The notes under the pieces are model-generated. The model did not search any database, was not told the origin of the DNA, and saw nothing but the letters and a program-made list of their open reading frames with translations. From an uncultured Candidatus Saccharibacteria bacterium (GTDB lineage Bacteria; Patescibacteriota; 4484-211; JAGQKX01), in the NCBI GenBank assembly GCA_964392315.1, contig CAYMOT010000001.1, positions 137,578-201,577 on the forward strand: 64,000 bases of DNA. The letters run 5' to 3'. Both the position numbers and the translations under genes were made by a program. Of the stretch, positions 10,195 through 18,779 are shown piece after piece (positions within the stretch are counted from its first letter, which is position 1; each line of letters opens with the position of its first letter).

Positions 10195-11406
10195 TTATTT
10201 CAATCTGCTCCGAAACGCAAACAGGATGTACAGCAGAAGGATTCCTCCTACTATACTAATAGCCAGAAACACTGAATGACCAAGAGCTGCACTCATTACA
10301 ATGTAGCTCCCCCCAATCATCAGCTTCCGCAGTGAGAAAACTGTGGAGCGAATGGTATTGAATTCAGACCGTGGTACCAATTCATCCACGGCCACATCCA
10401 TCAGGCTGATCCACCCATCGATAATGGTGAACCAAATCACTATCCCAACCACAGCCAACAGCCAGCTTTTAGCAAGCAATGCAACAAGCACGGTTACCAT
10501 ACCGATGATAGGCATATACGCACTGATTGTTACATACTTACTCCCTAAGCAACGTTGTAGTGGTGCACTTGTTAACGAGTACACCATTTCGAAAACCATA
10601 CCAAGCGACCCTACCATTCCAAACCATATGAGCGGGAAACCTACCTCTTGCAAAATCATCTGGTTGAACCAGATGACCGTACCGGTAAGGGCAGAAATGG
10701 TAGAAAAATCGAAGGCGATTCTCTTGATGCTTGGTTGAAACTGCACAACCCTGAAGGCACTAGTCACCACTTCCCGAATAGAGCGATGGTTAATAAGTTC
10801 GGCAGTTTCACGTGATGGGAGGAACATACACAATAAAGCTGCTGCCCCAAACATCAGACCTGACAGCCAATATACCCATTGATACCCAACAGCTACCGCC
10901 AATATACTACCACTAAACCCTCCTAAGAGCGTGCCGACTCTCCGTGCTATCTGGTACTTATTGCGGGCATGGGTTTTGACGTATCGATCTGCTTCAATAT
11001 TTCCAGACACTGACACGCTGGACAGCAAGAGCGATACATCCGCGCCTGAGACCAACGCGAACCCTAGTGCAACTAAAAGCTCTCCGAGCAAGAAGAAGCC
11101 AATGACAGGCCTCACAACGTACACTGATATGCCGAGGGCCGCTACCATAAATCCACTGATCACTGACACTTTTGCGCCATATTTATCGGCAATCACCCCT
11201 GTCGGAAGCTCCAAAACCGCCGACCATACCATAAACCACAGTTGGATCTGTGGAATGACCGACAACGGGAGGTTTCCCCATTCCGTAAAAAACGGGACAA
11301 GCACCCCACCAAAAAAATGTAGGCTCGAAACAAAGCCTATTGCATACATCAACCATCTGTAACGCTCCATCACTTTTCTCCTATCTAATTTGTGAAATTG
11401 CGACAT
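10195..11406 (-). CDS. MFS transporter
   Basis: 403 aa with about 12 TM helices and a two-half repeat organisation. Confidence 0.7.
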   Translation of the reverse strand: MSQFHKLDRRKVMERYRWLMYAIGFVSSLHFFGGVLVPFFTEWGNLPLSVIPQIQLWFMVWSAVLELPTGVIADKYGAKVSVISGFMVAALGISVYVVRPVIGFFLLGELLVALGFALVSGADVSLLLSSVSVSGNIEADRYVKTHARNKYQIARRVGTLLGGFSGSILAVAVGYQWVYWLSGLMFGAAALLCMFLPSRETAELINHRSIREVVTSAFRVVQFQPSIKRIAFDFSTISALTGTVIWFNQMILQEVGFPLIWFGMVGSLGMVFEMVYSLTSAPLQRCLGSKYVTISAYMPIIGMVTVLVALLAKSWLLAVVGIVIWFTIIDGWISLMDVAVDELVPRSEFNTIRSTVFSLRKLMIGGSYIVMSAALGHSVFLAISIVGGILLLYILFAFRSRLK

Positions 11407-11659
11407 ATCTCAGCTTTTTAAGCTGATGACTGCCGCTTATGAGGTGAGAGGAATCAAACCATACGCATCAACCATCAGCTTTCGAGAACCGTGCTGCATG
11501 TATGCAGTATCGGCAACAACTGATGTTTTGATTTCCGGACCAAGATTCAATTGTTTCTGACAAACTCCTCTAAACATGCGAGACAGTATACACCAACACT
11601 ATAGGGCAGTAAAGACCTGGCTTGTGTTTTTAAATTAGTGGCGTAGAATACCTGCTGGT

Positions 11660-12454
11660 ATGAAAGAAGAATTTAAGAAAGACATCACAATCAACATACC
11701 CACAAAAAACAATCCTCTCTTACAAGAGGCATTAGATCGAATCAACCAGCACGAAGAATTGAAAACTATTTGGAAAGTGGTAAACGTCAATGCTATGGAT
11801 CGGCTTGCCATGAGCGATCATGGTCCGATTCATGTGCAAATCGTCGCTAATAGCGCACTGCGGATGATCCGTATTCTCATAAAAAACAACATTGAACCTT
11901 CAGTGTGTTCTGCATATGGCCTTAGCACTGACTACGGAGAATTAATTGTTGTGCTTGCCGGATTACTCCACGATATGGGGATGACCATAAATCGCAAAGG
12001 TCATGAAGAGTTTAGTCTGTTTATGACGCATTCACTACTGCGAGAGTTACTTTCGTTCTTGCCCATCGATGAACGGGTAATTGTCACCGCTGAGGTGCTT
12101 CACGCAATCATCTCTCACCGTAGCGATGGGAAACCTATAACCCTTGAAGCGGGAATTCTGCGAGTCGCTGACGCACTCGATATGACCGCAGGCAGATCAC
12201 GGATTCCATTTTCTAAGGGCGGTGTAAACATCCACTCTCTTTCAAATCAGGCAATAGAATCGGTGACAATTAATGAAGGTACTGAAAAGCTGGTTGAGAT
12301 CGTCATCACCTTAAACAACTCTGCGGGAATGTTTCAAATAGATGAACTGCTTTCGGAAAAGCTCAAAGGGTCAGGTCTGGAAAAACATGTAAGTGTAAAG
12401 GCAATACTAGAGGCAGAGACCGAGAAAAAACTCATCAGTGAATTCTCGCTATAA
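11660..12454 (+). CDS. HD-domain metal-dependent phosphohydrolase family protein
   Basis: An H...HD arrangement (SDHGPIHVQIV ... LLHDMGM ... downstream D residues). About 260 aa, resembling archaeal/Thermotoga-type HD proteins. Confidence 0.55.
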   Translation: MKEEFKKDITINIPTKNNPLLQEALDRINQHEELKTIWKVVNVNAMDRLAMSDHGPIHVQIVANSALRMIRILIKNNIEPSVCSAYGLSTDYGELIVVLAGLLHDMGMTINRKGHEEFSLFMTHSLLRELLSFLPIDERVIVTAEVLHAIISHRSDGKPITLEAGILRVADALDMTAGRSRIPFSKGGVNIHSLSNQAIESVTINEGTEKLVEIVITLNNSAGMFQIDELLSEKLKGSGLEKHVSVKAILEAETEKKLISEFSL

Positions 12455-12459
12455 CCTAT

Positions 12460-12505
12460 TTCCCGCACGAATTACCGCACGTTTCCCGCACTTATCCCCA
12501 CACAT
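12460..12505. repeat. Cluster of TTTCCCGCAC-like direct repeats (left cluster)
   Basis: Read directly from the sequence: tatTTCCCGCACgaattaCCGCACgtTTCCCGCACttatCCCCACAca. Related copies lie at 15727-15790. Confidence 0.6.
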
Positions 12506-12686
12506 CCGTTTGTACCACCTTTCCTTGCTTGATTTTTAAGAAATACTATGAGACAATATCGTCCGACTGTTGGACGTTGTGGACGTTCTCACTTCTTCGT
12601 TGCATTTTGTGGATTGCGAAATCTCTGTGAGGGACATTCCCTCTCCTATATTCTCCAACCCGTCTTTCAACGGGAAGGAGAACACC

Positions 12687-12956
12687 ATGAACGACCAACA
12701 GCAGGCTGACCGCTACGACCTCAACCTCGGTGATGAAGGATTTGCTGAACTCTTGAGACGAGTCGTGGATATCACGCTCAGGCCAAAGAGGTACAGCGAC
12801 TTGCTAATTCACCCCGGTGGTACCGCGTTCGGCGGAACCGTAATCCTTAACTTTGGCCCCGAGTACGGTGGGGCGAGGTTAGACGTAACAGGCGTCTGTT
12901 ATGTTCCAGGAGAGCGGTCCCTCATCGAACCGGAAGAGCCAGAAGAGGAAGAGTAG
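12687..12956 (+). CDS. Small hypothetical protein (89 aa) with acidic Glu-rich C-terminus
   Basis: The ATG at 12687 is preceded by GGAAGGAG at about -8. The track ORF starts earlier at 12570, but that region has no RBS. The coding region is visibly more GC-rich than its surroundings. It ends at a strong hairpin. Confidence 0.4.
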   Translation: MNDQQQADRYDLNLGDEGFAELLRRVVDITLRPKRYSDLLIHPGGTAFGGTVILNFGPEYGGARLDVTGVCYVPGERSLIEPEEPEEEE

Positions 12957-12964
12957 CGTGCAGC

Positions 12965-12992
12965 GAGCCCCGTCTAGCAGAAGACGGGGCTC
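12965..12992. terminator. Intrinsic-terminator-like hairpin shared by convergent genes
   Basis: Stem GAGCCCCGTCT (12965-12975), loop agcaga, stem AGACGGGGCTC (12982-12992), followed by atcccctttt. Confidence 0.55.
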
Positions 12993-13025
12993 ATCCCCTT
13001 TTCCCAAGGTTACTCCTGCACTATA

Positions 13026-15710
13026 TTAACCAATATTTGTCACCTTGCCATTTTCTGCCTGGATCTTATGCAACGTAGAAAGGCGCTGACCGAGAACACT
13101 GTCAGGGGGTAGCGTTTCGTGGTTAGACATAATGACAGTTAATTCTTCATCGTCTAGCCATTCCAGTATCAATGCCTCTGCTTCTTTGCGCAATTCACCA
13201 CTCAATTCCTTGAGTGGTTCATCGAGCAATATCGTCCTAACCCTTTGCACCCCTTGCTCACCTTGATGTTTCTTTGCAAATTCTATTTGAAACTTTATCC
13301 GCCAAAGACCCAGCAACTGTCGTTGTCCTCCCGATAAGCCAGTTTCCTGACTTCGCACAAATGTACTTACAACCCTTTCTTTTTCGAGAATCTCTGCCGC
13401 AACATGCGCCTTTGTTTCAGCGTTTAGGTCATCATAGGAAAGTTTGTAGTTATCAGGTTCATTTGCTTGATACTTTTGATACATTTCTCTAAAGCGATGT
13501 GACCCCGCCAGCACCTGGCCAGCGAGCAATCGATCCTGGTCGAATCGTAGACCTGCCAAATTTGCAGCAAGGCTACCTTCAATTGTGTCAACGGCCTGCG
13601 GTTTAATCCCTATACTTTCACGATATGCCCGTTTATCTACTTCCCCAAATCGGAAACCTCCTACAGTCATTAGTCCTCCATCAGCTCCCTCTCCGTACAA
13701 CACTTCATAAAAAGTGGACTTTCCTCCACCAGGAGAACCAACTAATTGATACTTTTCTCCTTGCTGTATATTGACTTGTTCAGCGTCAAAATATTTATTG
13801 CCCTTAGCATCAACACGTTGTATTCCAACTAATCGAATATCATTTGATGTAGGGATTTCTTTTCCTATTTGAGAATCTTGCAGCATTATTGAATTATAAA
13901 ATTCAGCAAGTGCACGAAGTTGCGGAGTCGTACGCATAATGCTCGCTCCGGTACCTACCGCGGCTTCTGCTATTTGTGCCTGGGCTGATGACTGTGCGAC
14001 TACTTCATCCAGATTAACACCCTCTATACCTAGTGCATAAAGAGTGGAATTTAACAAAAGTGCAACGCCCCTCGGCCCAACCTGTGGAAGTCTATAGTTC
14101 CTTCGCATACTTGACTCCCTTGAAGCAAGTGACCGTTCAGCATCTAGGACATCTTGAACATGTAGCGAATCTACATAACCTTCTCCTCCCGCTCCCATCA
14201 AATCTGCCCTTGTATTGTGCGTTGCAACGGTGGCAGCTTGCCTGCTGCGTTCAATTGCTGACTCTGCCTTCATCTGTAGTGCCATTGCGCCAGAATGCCA
14301 GCCCGTGTTCACAAGAATTGCAGCAAGTTGTTCACCTTCAGGAGATGACTGGGTCAGATATATTCCTGAAACGAGCGAATTTATTAATGCGGGAATAAGT
14401 TCAGCTGGAATACTTGATAGGATCTTCTGCAAACGATGGGTTTGAATTTCTAGCGCACGAGGTGAAGAACTAAAACCTGCTCTATTTATAGACACAATAT
14501 CTGGCTGTGCTTGCACTACCTGGCGGGTTACTTCGAGGACTGTCCCTTCGAACCCTTCTTTCCCTTGAGATAATTCACGTACAAGAGATTCCGTTTTATG
14601 TGCCTGAAATGTACGGGCTATATGTGCTCCCATCATTGCAGCTGCTCCACCTGCCACCAACCACGGATTTTTGGTCAGAAGTCCTTTTGGTACCAGTACC
14701 CCTGCCCCTAACTCACCTGCTGATGATGCTGCTGACAACGCAGCGATTTTTGCCAAAGAGACCTTATGGTCTCTCCCATACAATGCCAATATCTTTCGAT
14801 ACATCCCCCATGTTCCAATACCCTCCCCACCATCCATAGCCTTTTGAACTTCTTGAACAATGTTCCCAAAGTCATCTTCATACTCAGGATATTCTTTTTG
14901 CAATTGTGCTGTGATTTGCTCGGGCGTAAGTTTTGCTTCAACACCACGAGCAATTTTTTCCTGTAATAATCGTGCATTAGTTGCGTAAAGGGCTTCTCTT
15001 ATAAAATCACCGGAAGTATAAAGATCCGCCTGTTTGTCGAAATCTTCTGCGAGTTCTGTTTCGTTGTATCTCAATAATCCTGCACCCACAAGTCTCCGCT
15101 GATCTGAAAGAAGACCCCTATCCTCTTCAGTGTCTCCCCAATGCGTGGGGTTGAGAGGATCCTGACCTGTATCTATATATTCAGGCTCATCTTTTGATAA
15201 CGGATCAAAAAGACCCAGGGAATGTTTTTCGTCAAACTCTAAGTTAATATTTTGTTCGATTGCTTCTCGAAGCGTAAGTGGATTTTTACCCGGCAATCTG
15301 GGGACAAACGCATCATCTGATTCGTCTAAAGAAGTTACACTCGCAATCGCCGCATCTATGTCAAACGATTCTCCATCGTCTGCCATTTGCTGGCGAATTT
15401 TCTTGACCTGCGCAAATTCCAACACACCAGTCGCATGGTAATCAAACCTTCGCGCAGCGAGTTCAACCTCTTCTTCTGTAAACAACCGTTGCTCTCGCAC
15501 TCGTTCAGTAATTGCTTGAATCAATTCGCTCGTGGCAGCCCGGGTAAACGGTTCAAGGTCTTCACGCAATGTCCCGTATTCTTCAGACCAAACACCTTCT
15601 TCTGGAGAATTGCCTAATTTGTCCAATCTACGCCTAATAGGCTGTTCGGTTGCACCTGAGACCTTATCTTTAATATTCAAAATATCTTGCACACGTTCGC
15701 CATCCGACAT
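13026..15710 (-). CDS. Large hypothetical protein (894 aa): uncharacterised N-terminal domain of about 620 aa fused to a C-terminal ABC-type ATPase domain
   Basis: The C-terminal part carries Walker A (LVGSPGGGKST), ABC signature (LSGGQRQL), Walker B (RTILLDEPL) and an H-loop (SNHE). The N-terminal part is acidic with no recognisable motifs and only one short hydrophobic hairpin (IAALSAASSAGELGAGVLV...NPWLVAGGAAAMMGAHIA). Confidence 0.7.
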   Translation of the reverse strand: MSDGERVQDILNIKDKVSGATEQPIRRRLDKLGNSPEEGVWSEEYGTLREDLEPFTRAATSELIQAITERVREQRLFTEEEVELAARRFDYHATGVLEFAQVKKIRQQMADDGESFDIDAAIASVTSLDESDDAFVPRLPGKNPLTLREAIEQNINLEFDEKHSLGLFDPLSKDEPEYIDTGQDPLNPTHWGDTEEDRGLLSDQRRLVGAGLLRYNETELAEDFDKQADLYTSGDFIREALYATNARLLQEKIARGVEAKLTPEQITAQLQKEYPEYEDDFGNIVQEVQKAMDGGEGIGTWGMYRKILALYGRDHKVSLAKIAALSAASSAGELGAGVLVPKGLLTKNPWLVAGGAAAMMGAHIARTFQAHKTESLVRELSQGKEGFEGTVLEVTRQVVQAQPDIVSINRAGFSSSPRALEIQTHRLQKILSSIPAELIPALINSLVSGIYLTQSSPEGEQLAAILVNTGWHSGAMALQMKAESAIERSRQAATVATHNTRADLMGAGGEGYVDSLHVQDVLDAERSLASRESSMRRNYRLPQVGPRGVALLLNSTLYALGIEGVNLDEVVAQSSAQAQIAEAAVGTGASIMRTTPQLRALAEFYNSIMLQDSQIGKEIPTSNDIRLVGIQRVDAKGNKYFDAEQVNIQQGEKYQLVGSPGGGKSTFYEVLYGEGADGGLMTVGGFRFGEVDKRAYRESIGIKPQAVDTIEGSLAANLAGLRFDQDRLLAGQVLAGSHRFREMYQKYQANEPDNYKLSYDDLNAETKAHVAAEILEKERVVSTFVRSQETGLSGGQRQLLGLWRIKFQIEFAKKHQGEQGVQRVRTILLDEPLKELSGELRKEAEALILEWLDDEELTVIMSNHETLPPDSVLGQRLSTLHKIQAENGKVTNIG

Positions 15711-15726
15711 AGCTCTAGTATATACC

Positions 15727-15790
15727 CCAATTCCCGCACAAACTCCCGCTTATTTCCCGCGGTTATTCCCGCACTCGCTGTTTCCGTGCT
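15727..15790. repeat. Cluster of TTCCCGC(A)C-like direct repeats (right cluster), immediately upstream of the 894-aa gene
   Basis: aaTTCCCGCACaaacTCCCGCttatTTCCCGCggttaTTCCCGCACtcgctgTTTCCGTGC. It lies in the 52-bp gap between the 279-aa gene stop and the 894-aa gene start. Confidence 0.6.
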
Positions 15791-16602
15791 TCACTATCAG
15801 CTTTTTTTTGTCGTATATTCAATCCAACCGCTTGCCCCATTCTGTTTTGTTTTAATTTTTCAAACGTCTCTCTATTTTTGACAATATCAGTTAAACCTCC
15901 AGAAAGATGATAATCTACGTTCAACAAAGACAATGCACGATGCATTTGCTCACCATCTAGATCTAAGGCCGCTTGCAATTGATCCATACTTTCACCTGAA
16001 CGACGCATATGGAAATCCATGCGGGTGTTTACCTTTTTCTGTGTATTAGATACAGGATCGAAATAGAGGATGGTCAAACGTATGCCATTTGGGTCAAATC
16101 GCCATTCCGCCCTATCTGGTGTTACCTGGTAATAGTCTCCTGCTTTGATCGTATCCTTATAATCGCGGGTTGCCTGAAGCGTCATCTCTATCCCTGAGAG
16201 ATTCACTGCAAACATTTTTTCGGCTAAGACATCCGCATGGGGATCAAAATTTTCAAGCTTATCGAGGTCACCATCGCAAAACAACGCATCAACCTGTGTC
16301 GCCAAATGCAATTCTGCCATGGCGTTAAAATATACTCTGCCTTCATTTTCTTCATATCCGCCCTGGAATTCACCTGACACCTTTTGCAATTGGCCTCGAA
16401 AGGCTTCGGCAAGGCGGGAGTCGGCGATGGCTTCTGCGTAGTTTTCGCCTATTGTTGTAGCATATTCGGAAATTTCGTCGTGGAGACGTTGTAGATACTC
16501 ATGTGAATCAGGCAATTCTATGCGTGATATCTCCTTATTCGCTTGGAAAGAAAACCTTTCTGCAAAACCTGCCAATAGTGCTTGTCGTGCTTCTTCGCTC
16601 AT
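15763..16602 (-). CDS. Hypothetical protein (279 aa), no recognisable domain
   Basis: The ORF sits 9 bp downstream of the exonuclease/GIY-YIG gene on the same strand and is probably co-transcribed with it. Confidence 0.5.
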   Translation of the reverse strand: MSEEARQALLAGFAERFSFQANKEISRIELPDSHEYLQRLHDEISEYATTIGENYAEAIADSRLAEAFRGQLQKVSGEFQGGYEENEGRVYFNAMAELHLATQVDALFCDGDLDKLENFDPHADVLAEKMFAVNLSGIEMTLQATRDYKDTIKAGDYYQVTPDRAEWRFDPNGIRLTILYFDPVSNTQKKVNTRMDFHMRRSGESMDQLQAALDLDGEQMHRALSLLNVDYHLSGGLTDIVKNRETFEKLKQNRMGQAVGLNIRQKKADSEARKQRVRE

Positions 16603-16611
16603 ATTAATATT

Positions 16612-17997
16612 TTACACACTTTGGGAACCTAAACGTACAATATGTGCTGGATTCTTGTGTATATAGCCGCTTAGAATCTTATAGGTATCATATTCAAAGG
16701 TGCGTTTTTTTGAACGAACATCATCGAGATCTTCCTCACCAGCGGCCGACCCCAAATAGCACCATTTATCTAAAACATGCGCTTCGCTCATTTCAAATTC
16801 CGGGTTATATTCGCGAATTGCGACAGGGCCATCGTACGGCCATGACTTAAGGCGGTATTCACCAAATGCTACATCAAAACGCGCATTGTATTCAGCCGGT
16901 GCTTCATGCCCAGAGCACGCGCCATGACACCGCTTCAAGTGATACCCAAAACACGCCCCCCGTGTGTTCTCTAGTCCCATAAACCGATCACATAAATGAT
17001 GTTGTGCAGTTAATAACGCAATATGTTCCTTTGCTTGTTTCTTTGAGCGGTATACCCCAACAATGCGCTCTACCTCCGCAGCATCAATGCCGCTTTTCTC
17101 TTCTAGTGTAACTGTTTTATATCCATCATCCTGCAACATCTCTTTTGCCAGGATAAGCCGACGCGTCCTTCTGAGCTGCTTATTAAAAATCGGCATACGT
17201 TCTTTGATTGCCTGCGACTCTCGTATGAGCGCGCCAACCTCACCCGCGGTTATTTCGTAATCAATATCGCGGATCTCCTGCAAAAACTTGAGTGCATTCG
17301 GATCGTCTACATAAAAATGGTCTTTGACCCGTTGCCGAATATTTTTACTTTTGCCGACATACAAAAGTGTTCCGTTATCGCCATAAAAATAGTAGACACC
17401 ACTCGTTGATGGCAATTTTTCAATAATCTCAGGTGCGATATATGACGGCAACTGCGTCAACCGGATAAGCCGCTTCAAGGTCTGCTCAAAGTATTCCTGT
17501 CCAGCCTCCTGTTGGGCTATCTCAAAAAAACGCACTGTAGCTAACGTATCGTCGAGCGCACGATGCCGATCCGCACATGCAATGCCAAACCTGGAGATAA
17601 TGCTATCAAGCCCATGGCTTCTGTATTGGGGATAGAATACGCGTGACAGCTGCACGGTGCAGAGCCTACTTGGTCGAAAATCGCAGTTAAGGCGAGCGAA
17701 CTCTTTGCTCAAAAAGCCAAAGTCAAACCCTACATTATGTGCGACTAAAACAGCGTCTTCAAATCGCTCATGCACCTCGTCGGCAATCTGGGCAAAGGTA
17801 GGCGCATCGCGCAAAACCTGCGGATCAATTCCCGTCATCTCCTGTATAAATGAACCAACATATGCTTCGGGATTTACGAGCGTTTGAAACGTATCGATTA
17901 CCGTCCCATTCTCGTATCGTACAATTGCAATCTCGATGATCCGGTCATCCTTTGCACTATATCCGGTTGTTTCCACATCTACAAATGCATATACCAT
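16612..17997 (-). CDS. DnaQ-like 3'-5' exonuclease domain fused to a GIY-YIG nuclease (Cho/UvrC-N-like) domain
   Basis: The N-terminus has the DEDD exonuclease motifs FVDVETTG, HNVGFDFGFL and H...D. The central region has GIY-YIG (GVYYFYGDNGTLLYVGKSKNIRQR). A Cys-rich segment follows, as in UvrC/Cho. The architecture matches the exonuclease-Cho fusions known from mycobacteria. Confidence 0.75.
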   Translation of the reverse strand: MVYAFVDVETTGYSAKDDRIIEIAIVRYENGTVIDTFQTLVNPEAYVGSFIQEMTGIDPQVLRDAPTFAQIADEVHERFEDAVLVAHNVGFDFGFLSKEFARLNCDFRPSRLCTVQLSRVFYPQYRSHGLDSIISRFGIACADRHRALDDTLATVRFFEIAQQEAGQEYFEQTLKRLIRLTQLPSYIAPEIIEKLPSTSGVYYFYGDNGTLLYVGKSKNIRQRVKDHFYVDDPNALKFLQEIRDIDYEITAGEVGALIRESQAIKERMPIFNKQLRRTRRLILAKEMLQDDGYKTVTLEEKSGIDAAEVERIVGVYRSKKQAKEHIALLTAQHHLCDRFMGLENTRGACFGYHLKRCHGACSGHEAPAEYNARFDVAFGEYRLKSWPYDGPVAIREYNPEFEMSEAHVLDKWCYLGSAAGEEDLDDVRSKKRTFEYDTYKILSGYIHKNPAHIVRLGSQSV

Positions 17998-18076
17998 GCG
18001 CCAATGCTACCACGCCATCCAACTCGTATTCATCTAGAAATCTGTCTACCACCCCCCACATGCTACAATTTCACCA

Positions 18077-18757
18077 ATGAACGTATCCGAAGCCAAACCT
18101 TTTTTTAAAGTAATCGCAATCTACGGTATCCTGATCTTGGTCTTTGCTGCATTGCTCCCCCTGTTGTTCCGGGAGGATTTTCAGCAATACATCATAGACC
18201 TCGGTCCTTATGGCCCCCTTGCAGTCATCGTCTATACGGTCGCTTCACATGTATTAGCCCCCATAACTGGTGCGCCTGCAATGATTACCAGTTTTGTCAT
18301 CTATGGATTCGCTCAAACCATGCTCTATGAATATATTGCAAGCATTATCAGTTCGGTGATTAGTTACCACATCGCGCGTCATTACGGCAGAAAGGTAATA
18401 CGAAAGCTGGTAGGAGAACAACCACTCAAAGATATTGACGCGTTTGTCGCACATTCAGGGCTGAAGGTGCTCATAATTACCCGCCTTTTTGGTATCACTA
18501 TTTTTGACATCGTATCCTATGCTTCAGGAATCGCAAAAATACCCTTTAAGCCATACTTCTTTATAACCATTACTACAAACGCCTTGCTGCGGATCATCTA
18601 TATTATCGCTCTTCGGGATCTAGACTTCACTACCCTACGGGGACTTGGTACCTGGTTTGGGCTTATATTAGTCATCGGTACAGTACTTACCTATCTCATA
18701 CGTCGCTACCTGTTACGGGACACTACCCAAGTAAACGAGCATACGCCTAACGGCTAA
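18077..18757 (+). CDS. TVP38/TMEM64 (DedA-like) family membrane protein
   Basis: 226 aa and polytopic. The VTM-like core PITGAPAMITSFVIYGF ... HYGRKVIRK is typical of the DedA/SNARE-associated family. Confidence 0.6.
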   Translation: MNVSEAKPFFKVIAIYGILILVFAALLPLLFREDFQQYIIDLGPYGPLAVIVYTVASHVLAPITGAPAMITSFVIYGFAQTMLYEYIASIISSVISYHIARHYGRKVIRKLVGEQPLKDIDAFVAHSGLKVLIITRLFGITIFDIVSYASGIAKIPFKPYFFITITTNALLRIIYIIALRDLDFTTLRGLGTWFGLILVIGTVLTYLIRRYLLRDTTQVNEHTPNG

Positions 18758-18779
18758 TACACGTGATACGATATAGAGT

